Source: Piromyces finnis finn (taxonomy: Eukaryota; Fungi; Neocallimastigomycota). Taken from it: a DNA stretch of 64,000 bases. Under the pieces are notes generated by a model. It did not search any database. It worked only from the letters and a program-made list of their open reading frames with translations, and had not been told where the DNA came from. A program made the translations under genes and the position numbers. The stretch spans positions 496,001 to 560,000 of the forward strand of contig MCFH01000033.1 in assembly GCA_002104945.1 (NCBI GenBank), given 5' to 3'. This document shows, in pieces, positions 51,847-64,000 of the stretch. The stretch's first letter is position 1. The number at the start of each line of letters is the position of its first letter.

Positions 51847-54298
51847 ATGGAATACCTAGATTCATTAACAGATAATCAAAAAGAAATTTTAGAATCTTTT
51901 CAAAATCTTTCTGGAGAAGATGATTTAGAAAAAACTATAAAGTTATTACAAAGATTCAATTGGGATTTAGAGGTTTATATTAAATGCCAATAAACATTAT
52001 TAATATTAACATTAATATTATTATACATAAAAGAAAAAGAAAGAAAGAAAGAAAAAAATTAACAGATTTTATTTAAATGAAATAATTACTAGAAAACTTA
52101 TCAATACTATGTTGGTGGTGAATTAAATGAAAGTTATATCCCAACATCATCTAATAATGTAGGAAATAATGCTAGAAGGAATAGTCGTCGTCAACAAAGC
52201 ACTAATAATAATAACAATGACCATCCAATTGTAATTATTTTATTTTATTATTAATATGAATTTTTTAAATATGAAATAATTAAAGTATAAATTCTTTGAA
52301 CAATTCTATATATAAATAGGGTAAACTTATCGAATTAATCTTTTCACCAGTTCGTGTTGCTTTATCTATTATTAAATATATACGTAAATATTTATATATT
52401 TATATATTTTTTTTTTTTTTGTATATCAATAATACTGATGATTAATGATATATTGAATTTGAATTTAAAATTCTAATAATGTTTATTGTTTATTATTATA
52501 AACTATTGTTTCACTCATAAAATGAACAACAACAAAAACAATAACTTTTTATTATATTATTTAAAGTTAATCTTTTCCCAGATTCCTTCAGAAAATTAAT
52601 AGAAGGACCAGACTCAAAAAATGAAAGACTAACTTGTGCCGAAAAATTTATACAATATTTTGAATCTAATTATGGTGAAAAACACCCAGAATTTTATAAA
52701 GGAACATATAAACAAGTAAAAATTGAAAATAAATAAAATTTTATGTGTATATCAATTAATGATACCATAATTATTTTTTAATAGATATTAATTTCTATAT
52801 AATTTCTTTATTTAAAATAGGCTTTATTAGATATAAGAGATAATTACCAATTTTTAATTGTTATAATTAATTCACCAGAACATGATGATACTCCAGATTT
52901 TTGCAAGTAAATAATTTATATTTAATAATATTTATATTTTATATTTTTAATTTAATATTGCTTTGATTTTCTTTGCTTATTTATTTTTTTATAAATATTC
53001 TAAATCTCAAAAACGTGTAGAAATGTATTAGCTTCAGATGCTTTTATTAACTTTGTAAATGAAAACAATTTTGTTGTATGGGGTGGATCTGTGAATGATA
53101 CCGAAGGTTATAAAGGTATAATAAATAAAACTATTATAATATTTAAATTTATTAATATGCAATGATAAATACCTAAAATTATATAATCTCTTGCAATTTA
53201 TCTATAACAAAGTAAATAATGTATTTGGTGCAACTACATATCCATTTATTGGTTTAGTTGGTCACCAAAGAAAAAGAGCAATTATTGCTGAAAAAGTTGA
53301 AGGTACTAAATTATAAATTATTATTATTATTATTTTTAAACCAATCTTATTTAATTATTATTTTATTATATTTATTTTTATTTTTAATTTAATACAGGAC
53401 TCTGCCCAGTTGAAGAAGTTATTGATAAGATTAATCAAAAATACCAACAATTATCTGTTCAACTTCAAGCTGAAAAGGCTGAAGAGTAAATATATATTTA
53501 TTTAAAATAATATTTAATGATGATATTAAATATAATTATATTTAAAAATATAAATTAGACGTGAAAGAGAACTTTCTCGTATTATAAGGCAAGAACAAGA
53601 ATCTGCTTATGAAGAATCTTTAAGAAAAGATCGTGAAAGAGTAAATAGATATAATTTTTGATTAAATATTATGTATATTATTCTCTAAAAAAAAAAAAAA
53701 AAAACTTCGTTAAAATTAAAAATTAATATATATATATATATATATATAAATAATAGGAAAGAAAAGAGAAAGAAGAACGTGAAAGAAAGCAACGTGAAGA
53801 AGAATTAGCTAAACAAAAACAACTTGAATATGAAAGAAAGGTTGAAGAAAAGAAGCTCTATAAACAAAAGCTTGCTGCTAGTCTTCCACCAGAACCAAAT
53901 GATGATGAATGTGAAACAGCTCAATTATCTATTCGTTTCCCAGACGGTAGTAGAGTTATTCGTAGTTTCAGAGCTGATGATAAATTACAAGTAAGTTTTT
54001 ATATCTATGCCTTATTAAAAAATAAAAAAAAATTTATTTTCAAATTTTATTTTTAATTTTTATTAAATATACTCTTTTTTATTAAATATACCTTTCTTCA
54101 CTGTAGGTTGTATATGACTTTGTAGAATCTAAGGATTTAGATCCATTTGATATTTTATCTGAAATTACTTTAGTAAATACATTCCCAAGAAAAGAATATA
54201 TAGACAAAGATCAAACTTTAGAAGCTCTTGGTCTTTGTCCAAATGCAAGTTTAATTGTAGAAGAAAAAGATGAAGAAGATGAAGAAGATGAAGAATAA
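51847..54298 (+). CDS. UBX-domain protein, FAF2/UBXD8/Ubx2-Ubx3 type (UBA-like, UAS, coiled coil, UBX), ~11 exons
   Basis: MEYLDSLTDNQKEILESFQNL...LQRFNWDLE (UBA-like); EKFIQYFESNYGEKHPEFYKGTY, INSPEHDDTPDFC, FVVWGGSV, TTYPFIGLV (UAS); IRQEQESAYEESLRKDRER; LPPEP...LSIRFPDGSRVIRSF...VYDFV...TFPRKEY...TLEALGLCPNASLIVE (UBX). Confidence 0.9.
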
Positions 54299-54874
54299 TT
54301 ATCTATTTGAATTTTTTTATACAAATATCCAAATAATAAATTAAAAAAAAAATTGCAAATATTCGATAAAAATAAAAAAAAAAAAAAAAGAATGTATAGT
54401 TTTTAAAATTGAATAAAAAACAAAATAAAATAATAATAGAGTACTCTTTTTTTTTTTTTTTTTTTTTTTTATTAATTTTTTATATTTAATTTAAAAAATT
54501 TTTATTTTGATAATCAAATATGTAGTTATAATAATTATAAAGTTATCTTTGTATATAAATGATATTATTGAATTAAAAGAAAATTTAATAAAAAAAAAAA
54601 AAAAAATAAAAATTCTTTGAAAAATTTATTAAAAATAAAACAACTTAAATATACCCAGCATTATATTAAACTTGATATGAAAAAAAAGAAAAGAGTTAAT
54701 ATTTTTTTTCGGTTTCTTTTTTTCTTTTTTTTTTTTCTTTTTTAGAATAAAAAAAAAAGTTAAATATATATATATATGCTATTATTTTAATAACAATCCT
54801 TATAGAACATTAATAGTTTAAAGAAATAGTTTTTTTTTATTTTTACTTTTTTTTTTTTTTTTTAGTTTTAGTGC

Positions 54875-57800
54875 TTATTCTTCAAAACTGTCATCACTAT
54901 TATTATCAGATTCATTATCGGTAGCTCCGTGTTGAATTAATAAATCTATGATAGCATAGTTTTTCTTATATTTGGCAATAGATAAAGCAGTTTCACCTTG
55001 GTTACTTTCAATATCAAATTTTACGTTTTTATCGAGGAGAAGTTTTACAATACTTTCATGTTCGTTGAAACATGCCATCATAAGAGCAGTGTTACCATCT
55101 GTATTCTTGTTATCTAATTCAATTTTTTCCTTTTCTATATTAAGTAACATTTCAACAATAGCTTGGTAACCATTGAAACAAGCCATCATTAATGGGGTAT
55201 TGTCGTTCTTATCCTTAACATTTGGATTAGCTCCATGATCTAAAAGATTTTGAGCAATTTTACTATGACCATTGAAACATGCTAAAGTCAAAGCGGTATC
55301 GTTTTTCTTATTCATGACATTAACATCAGCATTATTTTCTAATAAAAGATCAACAATGCTTCCATAACCACGTTCAGATGCACGGATTAATGCAGTATCA
55401 TGAATTGCGTTTTTGATATTAATATTAGAATTGGCTTTAATTAAAGCTTTAACAATGTTAGTATAACCTTTATTACAAGCTAAGATAAGGGCTGTATTCT
55501 TAAAGTTATTCATTTCGTTAACATTTGCACCTCTTTCTAATAAAGCATTAACAATTGATTCGTAACCACTTGCACTTGCAACGATTAAAGCAGTATTACC
55601 ATATTTATCTAAAGTATTAACATCAGCATTATGATCTAATAAAAGTTGGACAATTTCCTTATCGCCATTTTGAGAAGCATAAATTAAAGCAGTATTCTTT
55701 TTTCTATCTTTAACATTAATATTTCCAATTTGCTTTAATAAAGATTCAATTGTTTTAACTTCTCTCTTTTTAACAGCACTAATAAAAGCCATGTTGTTCT
55801 TTTTGTTAATGTTTTGTAATAATTCAACAATTGGTTCAAAACCTCTTTCAGCAGCAATATCTAAAGCAGTTGAATCTTCAACATTCTTAATATTAACATT
55901 AAGTTCCTTATCATCAAGAAGAATCTTAACAACATTTTCGTGACCATTAAGACATGCCATCATAAGAGCGGTATTACCATCAATATTTTGGTTGTTAATT
56001 TGAAGTGGATTACCCTTGGCAGCCATTTTTTCCTTAACACTTAAAAGTACTTCAACAACCTTGATATGACCATTGAAACAAGCCATCATTAAAGCAGAAT
56101 TTTCATTTTCATCTTTTTCATTAACGTTAACATCATGTTCCAATAACATTTCTACAATTTCTGGGTAACCAATATAACAAGCAAGAGTGAATGCAGAATC
56201 ATTATTCTTATTCTTAATGTTAACGTCTGGATTCTTACTTAATAATAATTTGACAACTTCAATGTGTCCATTAGCACTAGCACGGATTAAAGCATTATCG
56301 TTCTTAATGTTAACAATGTTGACATTAGCATCATACTCGAGAAGAATAGCAGCAATATTGTCTAAACCCTTGTTACTTGCTAATATAAGTGCAGTGTTAC
56401 CATATTTATTCTTAGTATTGACATCAGCAGAATTTTCTAATAAATAACGAGTTAATTCTTCATTGCCATTACCAGCAGCAAGAATAATTGGAACATTACC
56501 ATATTCATCCATAGCATTAATATTAGCACCGTTTTCAATTAAAATCTTAGCTAATTCATAATCATTAATTTGACAAACATAAACAAGAGCGTTATTGATT
56601 TCAATTTGAATTTTTTCAAGTGGAATTTCCTTCATCTTAGAAAGAGTAGCTTCAACGGTTGGAATATCTCTTTCTTTTATAGCAGTTAAGAATGTAGAGG
56701 TATCACCTTCTTTGACTAAATGCAATAATTCAACAATATTTTTGTAATCCTTTTCACCAGCAATTTCTAAAGCAGTTTCATCTTCATTATTCTTGATATT
56801 AATATTAACATCACTATTATTAATTAAAATTTCTACAACCTTTTCATGACCATTGAAGCAAGCCATCATAAGTGCAGTATTACCATCAATATTTTGAGCG
56901 TTGACATTAATATTATTACCTTTTTTTAATAAAAGTTCTACAATATTCTTGTGACCATTGTAACTTGCCATCATTAATGCAGTATTTTTGTTTTCATCAA
57001 TAATTTGAAGGTCGGCATCATGATTTAATAATAATTCAACAATATCTTCATAGCCAATGAAACAAGCTAAAGCCATTGGTGTATCATTTTTCTTGTTAAT
57101 AACATTAACGTTGGCATTATTGTTGAGAAGCATTTCAACAATAGTTTTGTGACCGTTAGCACAAGCACGTAAGAGAGCGGTATCTCTTCTTTTATTTTCA
57201 ATGTTTGGATCAGCCTTGTTATTAATAAGAAGATCAGCAATTTCTATGTATCCTTTATTACAAGCTAAGATAAGAGCAGTATTTTTGTAGTTATTCATTT
57301 TGTTAATTTCAGCGCCATTTTCAATTAAAAGCTTTACAATTGATTCATGACCATTAGCAGATGATATAATAAGAGCGGTGTTTCCATAGATATCAGTTGC
57401 GTCAATGTCTGCTTCGTTTTCAATTAATAACTTTATAATTTCTTCATTTTCATTTTGACAAGCATAAATAATAGCGGAGTTGCCTTCTTCATCTTTTGCA
57501 TCAATATCTGATATTTTTTGTAATAATTGCTTAACAGTTTCAGTCTTATTATGTTTACTAGCTGAGATAAAGGAAAGAGTACATTTATCATCAATATCTT
57601 GTAATAAGTTAGCAATACTTTCAAAGTTTCTTTCTTGAGCAATTTCAAGGGCAGTTTCTCCATTTTCATTTTCTAAATTGATATTAGCATTATATTTTAA
57701 AAGAGTTTGAACAGCTTTTTCATGTCCATTGTAGCAAGCCATCATTAATGAAGTATTACCTTCGGTATTACTATTGTTAATGTCAATATCTTTTCCTTCT

Positions 57801-58477
57801 TTCAATAATAATTCGACAATTTTTTCATAACCATTGAAACTAGCCATCATAAGAGTGGTATTATCATTGTAATCCTTAATATTAACATCAGCACCATGCT
57901 CTAATAACATTTCTGCAATTTTATCATTACCATTAAAGCAAACTAATGATAAAGCTGAATCATTTTTTCTGTTAATAGCATTAATATTAATATTACGTTC
58001 TAATAACATTTCAACAATTTTTTTATGTCCATTTGCACAAGCTCTAATAAGTGCAGTATCGTGTGCTCTATTTTTAATATTTACGTCGGCATTGTACTTT
58101 AATAATAATTCAACAATAGAAGTGTAACCCTTATTACAGGCGAGAATAAGAGCAGTATTATTATAATGGTTAATTTCATTTACCTTGGCATTGTTTTTTA
58201 ATAATAATTCAACGATATCTCTGAAGCCATTAGCACTAGCAATGATTAAAGGATTATTACCATGTTTATCTACAATATTTATGTTAACATTGAATTCTAA
58301 TAATAATTCTATAATCTTTATTTTTCCTTTTTGACTAGCCCATAATAATGAAGAATTTCCATGTCTATTTTTCTTATTTATTTCATTAATATGTTCATTA
58401 AAATATTTTCTAAGTTCTTCTAAATTTTCACTTTTTAATAATTCTGATAATCCTGAGCTTTTACTTTTGCTTTCCAT
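54875..58477 (-). CDS. ankyrin-repeat protein (~36 repeats in four ~300-aa blocks), intronless
   Basis: 1200-aa ORF made of G.T(A/P)L..A...G...IV.LLL...A.VN units, with no other domain. Confidence 0.95.
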   Translation of the reverse strand: MESKSKSSGLSELLKSENLEELRKYFNEHINEINKKNRHGNSSLLWASQKGKIKIIELLLEFNVNINIVDKHGNNPLIIASANGFRDIVELLLKNNAKVNEINHYNNTALILACNKGYTSIVELLLKYNADVNIKNRAHDTALIRACANGHKKIVEMLLERNININAINRKNDSALSLVCFNGNDKIAEMLLEHGADVNIKDYNDNTTLMMASFNGYEKIVELLLKEGKDIDINNSNTEGNTSLMMACYNGHEKAVQTLLKYNANINLENENGETALEIAQERNFESIANLLQDIDDKCTLSFISASKHNKTETVKQLLQKISDIDAKDEEGNSAIIYACQNENEEIIKLLIENEADIDATDIYGNTALIISSANGHESIVKLLIENGAEINKMNNYKNTALILACNKGYIEIADLLINNKADPNIENKRRDTALLRACANGHKTIVEMLLNNNANVNVINKKNDTPMALACFIGYEDIVELLLNHDADLQIIDENKNTALMMASYNGHKNIVELLLKKGNNINVNAQNIDGNTALMMACFNGHEKVVEILINNSDVNINIKNNEDETALEIAGEKDYKNIVELLHLVKEGDTSTFLTAIKERDIPTVEATLSKMKEIPLEKIQIEINNALVYVCQINDYELAKILIENGANINAMDEYGNVPIILAAGNGNEELTRYLLENSADVNTKNKYGNTALILASNKGLDNIAAILLEYDANVNIVNIKNDNALIRASANGHIEVVKLLLSKNPDVNIKNKNNDSAFTLACYIGYPEIVEMLLEHDVNVNEKDENENSALMMACFNGHIKVVEVLLSVKEKMAAKGNPLQINNQNIDGNTALMMACLNGHENVVKILLDDKELNVNIKNVEDSTALDIAAERGFEPIVELLQNINKKNNMAFISAVKKREVKTIESLLKQIGNINVKDRKKNTALIYASQNGDKEIVQLLLDHNADVNTLDKYGNTALIVASASGYESIVNALLERGANVNEMNNFKNTALILACNKGYTNIVKALIKANSNINIKNAIHDTALIRASERGYGSIVDLLLENNADVNVMNKKNDTALTLACFNGHSKIAQNLLDHGANPNVKDKNDNTPLMMACFNGYQAIVEMLLNIEKEKIELDNKNTDGNTALMMACFNEHESIVKLLLDKNVKFDIESNQGETALSIAKYKKNYAIIDLLIQHGATDNESDNNSDDSFEE

Positions 58478-60169
58478 TTTGTTTTCTATTTAATTTATGA
58501 AGTTAATTAAAAAATTATTTGTATTAAAAAATAAAAAAAAATTCTATAATGTATAAAACTGGATATAAATTAAAATAAACTACTGTTACGATATGTAATT
58601 AATAATAAATATTTTATTATGTACTTTTTTTAAAATAAATAAAAATTCAATAAAAATTCTATTCTAGATAGTTTTTCAACTTTTTAAAAAGGATCAATTG
58701 CTATAATATAAAAATTAAGCAATTCCTTTTTTTTTCTTAATTATAATTTTTTTTAAATGCAAAAAAAAAAAAAAAAAAAAGTATATTTTATATTTAATTT
58801 TTTTTTTTAAATTTTAAAAATATCAATTAATTAATATTAATAATATATACTTTTAATTTATTTCAATATAAGTCAATTAATGATGAAATATAATTTTAAT
58901 ATATCAACCCTTAATAATTTAAAAAAAAAATGTTTTACAAAAATTTTTTTAAAATTGAATTTGATTGAACAATTCAAAGTATTAACATATTACAATATTT
59001 TGAAAATATATGCTTTAATTGAATTTTTTAAAATAGAAATAAAAAAAATTATATATAATATTTTATTAAAGTACAACAGTACATCATTTTTTTTTTTTAC
59101 ATTAATCAAACTCAATCAACACTTTATAATAGAAACAATTATTTTTACCATCATTTTTTTTCAATATAGTATATACTTTACTTTCTTATATTTAAAATAA
59201 TAATGATTTAAAAATTGCTGTTGTATAAAATGTAATAATAATTATATATCTATTTTTTGATAATTTTTTTAAGTTTCTATTACATTGTATTAAAAACAAT
59301 ACAATAACGTATTAAAGATTTAATTATTTTTTTTTTAAATTTTTAAAATTTTGATAACCAATAAATTTATTAGATTATGTATCACTTTAAAAATTTTAAA
59401 AAATAATTAAATTTTAAAACTAAAGATAAAAAAAAAGAAATAAAAAAAAAAGAAATGAATATAATTTATAAATAAATAAAGAACTATGGTATAAATGTGT
59501 ATTAATGTATTAATAATATCAATATATTATAATCAAGAATTCAGTATTCTTTTAATAATTTTTTAATAATAAAATTCATTATTTTTTTTTACTATTAACT
59601 TTTATTTTTTTTAAGGATAATGAAAATGAGGTTACACAGTCTCTTTAAAAAAAGTTAGTATTTAAACATTTTTAAATTAATAATAACCAAAATATTAATT
59701 TGTAAATATTAATATTTTAATTTTAAATTTACATTATAAAATTAAAAAGTATGGTTTATATAAAATTATAATTTTTCTTTGTTTTTTAAATATATTATTA
59801 ATTTGAATTTTTTTATATAAACAAAAAAAAGACAATTTTTTATTATATTTATATAAAAATAGTTTTCATTAGATTAGAATTATTTATATGTGTAATAATT
59901 ATTCGTAGAATAACCAAAAAAACAAAATATAAAATATATATTGAGAATATTTTTATTTTCTAAAGTTTTTTTTATACAATGAATTATTAAATAATCTAAT
60001 TCGGAATAATTAATAAACAAATAATATACAATTATATTGTTATTAATGTTGATATGTTAATAAAAACTCATTTGTCTTTAATTTCATATTTTAAAAGGTG
60101 CTTTATATTTTTAATATAGTTTTTTGATTCTTTATATAATAAACATTAATAATTGTTAAATGTAATACA

Positions 60170-62793
60170 TTAACAATTGCTATTATATCTATTACTTCTA
60201 GCAAATGAAGAATCTACTGTTGCTGATTGTGAATATCCACTAATACTTGTTTTTCTATGATAATCAATAATTTTTTTAGAAAAATTCTTGTTTTTGCTAT
60301 TGTTGGAGTTTGTATCTGATTTCGAATTCGAGTATTTGTTTGAATTAGTACTTTCATTAAACATCCTTATATTATTTATGAAATTTTCATCTTTATTTTT
60401 TTGAGTAAAATGTAAAAATAATCTATATCCATAGATTAAACAGTAATTTGATAATGAAAACATTATATAGATAATTTCATTTAATAAAAAGGAAACAATA
60501 TAATTTTTATCACCTAATGATTCTTTAATTATTATGAAAATTATATCTAGAAGATCTAGATAAATGGCTCCACATAAATTTCTAATTTCATAATGAATTT
60601 CAATAATATTCCATTCAATAAAAATGAATAATAAAAATACAAAAAGTATTAAAACTTTATATAAAATGAATAAAATATAAATGAATTTTCCAAATGTTTC
60701 GTTTAATGAACATATCTCGAAATTAACATCTCCATTATTTATATTAAATACAAAATTAACTTCATATGGTTTTATGTATGAGAGTCCATCAAGAATCAAT
60801 TCAATTAAAATAAAAGTGAATAAAAAGATATATCTATTATTTTTAATCCATGTTGAATATTTATTTTTTTCTGGGAAACAAACAAGTAATTCATATAGAA
60901 TAGGTATTAAATTTAATGTAATACCAAATGAAAACATGATCCATTTAAATTGACATTTAAATTTTGATATATCACCATATTCTAGAAAACCAGCACCTAA
61001 TATTAAGCATAATCCTAATATTGAAATGAACCAAAAATCTTTTGATAAAAAGTTATAATAATTTTTAAATTTTTTAATATATAGTAATGCAAGTGATAAA
61101 CCAAATATCATCATTAATCCTGATAAAATTCCAATGAATAATAGAGCAAGAGAAGAATTATCATCTTCATTTAACGATATTTTATATATTTTTGAATAAT
61201 CATTAATTTCATGAAGTACTTGAGATGCAGTTTTATTTCCATATAAATATTCAAAAACACGTTCTCTAAAATATGTTGAATATATATCATAATCTTTATT
61301 TGGTCTATTAATAAATTGAATGCTTTTGGCTAATTCACAATTTGTTACTTCACATACTTCTTTATCATTATATAAATCCATTATTCCTGATGACATACCA
61401 TATGATATTATTAATTCTTTTTGAGTTTCTTTCGAGGTTAAAAATTCAATAAAAAGGGCAGCACCTATTTTTCTTTCATCACTTGAAAATAAATTAATAC
61501 CAATATTTGAACCACCAACACAAGATCCAGATATTCCAGGTTTTCCACCTGGTAAACGATATTGTTTATATTTTTTTGTTACCATATAGTTCCAATATTT
61601 TAAAAATATAGAATTTCCACTATTTAATTTTCCAATTGTATAACCAACAGCTGAATGAAATTCTTCATCTATTTTTCATTTTAATTATATTATTATTATC
61701 ATATTAATTTGTAATTATTTATTAATTTATTATTTTAATGAATCTTACATGTAGATATTCTTTCTTTTATTTCTTTTATTTTTTCTAAAGCTTTTATTGC
61801 ATTTTCACTTAATAAATCTGGAAATGGATCATTTTCTTCATTTCTAAAAGAATAAATAAACTCATATGTTGAACTCATTCCCATGGATGCTATTTTAATT
61901 TTATAACAATAAATATTAATAATTATTATTTACATAATAAACATTTTAAATATTTAGAATAGTTCAATTGATGTAAAATCATTATATTATTTATAAATTA
62001 TTACAGTCAAATGCTCCGTTATATGCTTTTAAATCAGAATTAGGATTTTTCTTTTTTTCTTCTTTAAGAATATATTCAGATGTTTTGATTAAATCATCCC
62101 AAGTTTCGGGAACTTCTTGATTATATTCTTTTAATATTTCTTCATTTACATACAAAGTATTAAAATTTACTTGGACAGGCTAATAAACAATAATTGTATT
62201 TCATTATTTTTTTAATTAGTTATTAATATCAAGCTTATGTATTTAAATAATGAAATTGTTATAAAAAATTTACCAATCCAACCCATTTATCATTATAGGT
62301 ACATGTTTCAGAAGCTATTCCTGAAGAATAGTTATCAATAAGTCCTTTTGGTAACACTGTTTTTAAATCTACTAAATATGGTCCAAATCTTACTGGATAA
62401 ACATTATCATAAAAAATAATATCATATTTTCCTTCCTTTTTTTTAAGCATTGTTTCAATTGTTGTTCCATAGTCATTAATTAGCAATGTAGAATTCGCCA
62501 TTGTTAAAAGATTTAATTTAACTTCAACATCTAGTCCTTTTTCTTTAGACAAAATGTTAAACCTTTTTATTAAATCTGTGTATTCAAATTCATTGTTATA
62601 TGTGAATGCAATAGCATTAACAATATTTTTGCATTCAACTTTTTAATTTTTAATATATTTATGTAATATATTAATATATTAATATATATAAGCTTTAGTA
62701 ATATTATATACACAAACATATTATTTATAATTTATATTAATAATTACTTATTTTATATAGTAGTGTTGTTAGAAATATTAATATATATATCAT
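60170..62793 (-). CDS. class C-like 7TM receptor with an N-terminal bacterial-type sugar solute-binding domain, ~5 exons
   Basis: Signal-like MIYILIFLTTLLYKI|IEC; SBP-like KYDIIFYDNVY...LVDL...TCTYNDKWVGL|PVQVNFNTLYVN..IL..YN.EVPETWDDL, LPGGKPGISGSCVGGSNIGI, AALFIEFLTSKETQK. Seven hydrophobic segments follow, with Cys at the top of TM3 (KCQF) and in ECL2 (FEICS). Confidence 0.88.
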
Positions 62794-62951
62794 TTTAAAA
62801 ATTCATTAAAATAATTTTTAATTATTTAAATCAATTCTTTTTTGTATGATTTTAAGATAAAATTTATTTATTTTGTTTTTAGAATAAACTTTTTATAAAA
62901 TATATATATAAAAAAAACTATATTTAAATTTGATGATATGTAGTTTTAATA

Positions 62952-62979
62952 TATTACTATTACTATTACTATTATTATT

Positions 62980-63010
<31 letters not shown>

Positions 63011-63013
63011 CTA

Positions 63014-63063
<50 letters not shown>

Positions 63064-63220
63064 TACTATTACTATTACTATTACTATTACTATTACTATT
63101 ACTATTACTATTACTATTACTATTACTATTACTATTACTATTACTATTACTATTACTATTACTATTACTATTACTATTACTATTACTATTACTATTACTA
63201 TTACTATTACTATTATTATT

Positions 63221-63295
<75 letters not shown>

Positions 63296-63340
63296 TATTA
63301 TTATCATTATTATTATTATTATCAATTATTATTATTATTA
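62952..63340. repeat. compound (TAT)n-(TATTAC)n-(TAT)n microsatellite
   Basis: Directly visible. It is the source of the artefact ORFs 62930-63430 and 63011-63325. Confidence 0.95.
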
Positions 63341-64000
63341 TCTATATTATATGGAATTGATATTTTATATATTAATAAACTATTTTTATCCAATTGTCAT
63401 ATATATATATTTTATTTTTATAATATTTAAAATTAAAATCATCAAGATTATATATTTAATTTTCCTTTTTTTCCTATATTAATTTGTAATAAGGGTAAAT
63501 GGTCAGGTCATATTTAAAACTTTTTGTAAGATTCTCCATTTATTAATTATTTATTTTATATGAACTATTGGACTTAGTTTAAATGTACTATTTATTATTT
63601 TTTTATTGTTTATAATTTTCTATAATTATTATTTTTATTATTAATATTACATAACAATAGTATTAAGTATATAATTTTCTTATATTTAATAAATTAAAAA
63701 TTACTATATATTTTTTCCATAAAATAATTATCTATTTTCATTTTAACTATAGATTATACGTTTATCTTTTAACACTATTTAAAATAATATATTTAGTAAT
63801 ATAATAATATATTTTTTAGCTGCACATTTTTATTATTTTAAAAAAAAGAAAATTTCAATTTTTTTTTACATTTAAAATTAAGATTAATATTACTATAAAA
63901 TTTAATTTATTATAATTGTAAAATAGTAATTTTTTATTTTATGGAAAATTTATAAAAAGCAATTAAACATATATATTATGTATTTGTATATATTATAATT

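Noticed and set aside
58880-59200. 106-aa ORF and similar AT-rich intergenic ORFs (3362, 16752, 37447, 51638)
   Set aside because: F/I/K/N/Y-dominated translations typical of random ~85% AT DNA.

Overview
Very AT-rich, intron-rich eukaryotic DNA, most likely from an anaerobic gut fungus (Neocallimastigomycota). This is inferred from base composition, intron style, the single-chain FAS and a sugar-binding-protein/class C GPCR chimera. Left edge: the 5' part of a non-LTR (LINE-like) retrotransposon on the minus strand. Its single ORF (1827 to <1, absent from the ORF track because it runs off the window) encodes an RRM-like N-terminus, a Q/S/N linker and an apparently N-terminally truncated APE endonuclease. 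Upstream of it lie a candidate 5'-UTR intron and a tandem array of ~124-bp monomers that fold, on the element's sense strand, into three hairpins with a compensatory base change and a possible pseudoknot. This array is the most novel-looking signal. Next come an intronless 4140-aa single-chain fatty acid synthase with two tandem ACP domains and a long AT-rich gene-poor stretch with micro- and minisatellites. The remaining genes are Snapin, a lysophospholipid acyltransferase, a RING/zf-TRAF/coiled-coil/SPRY protein, Bdp1, two hypothetical proteins, a TM-SH3 protein, a FAF2/Ubx-type UBX protein, a 1200-aa ankyrin protein built of four ~300-aa super-repeats, and an SBP-7TM receptor. Exon structures were reconstructed by eye, so internal boundaries are approximate. 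No database searches or folding programs were run.
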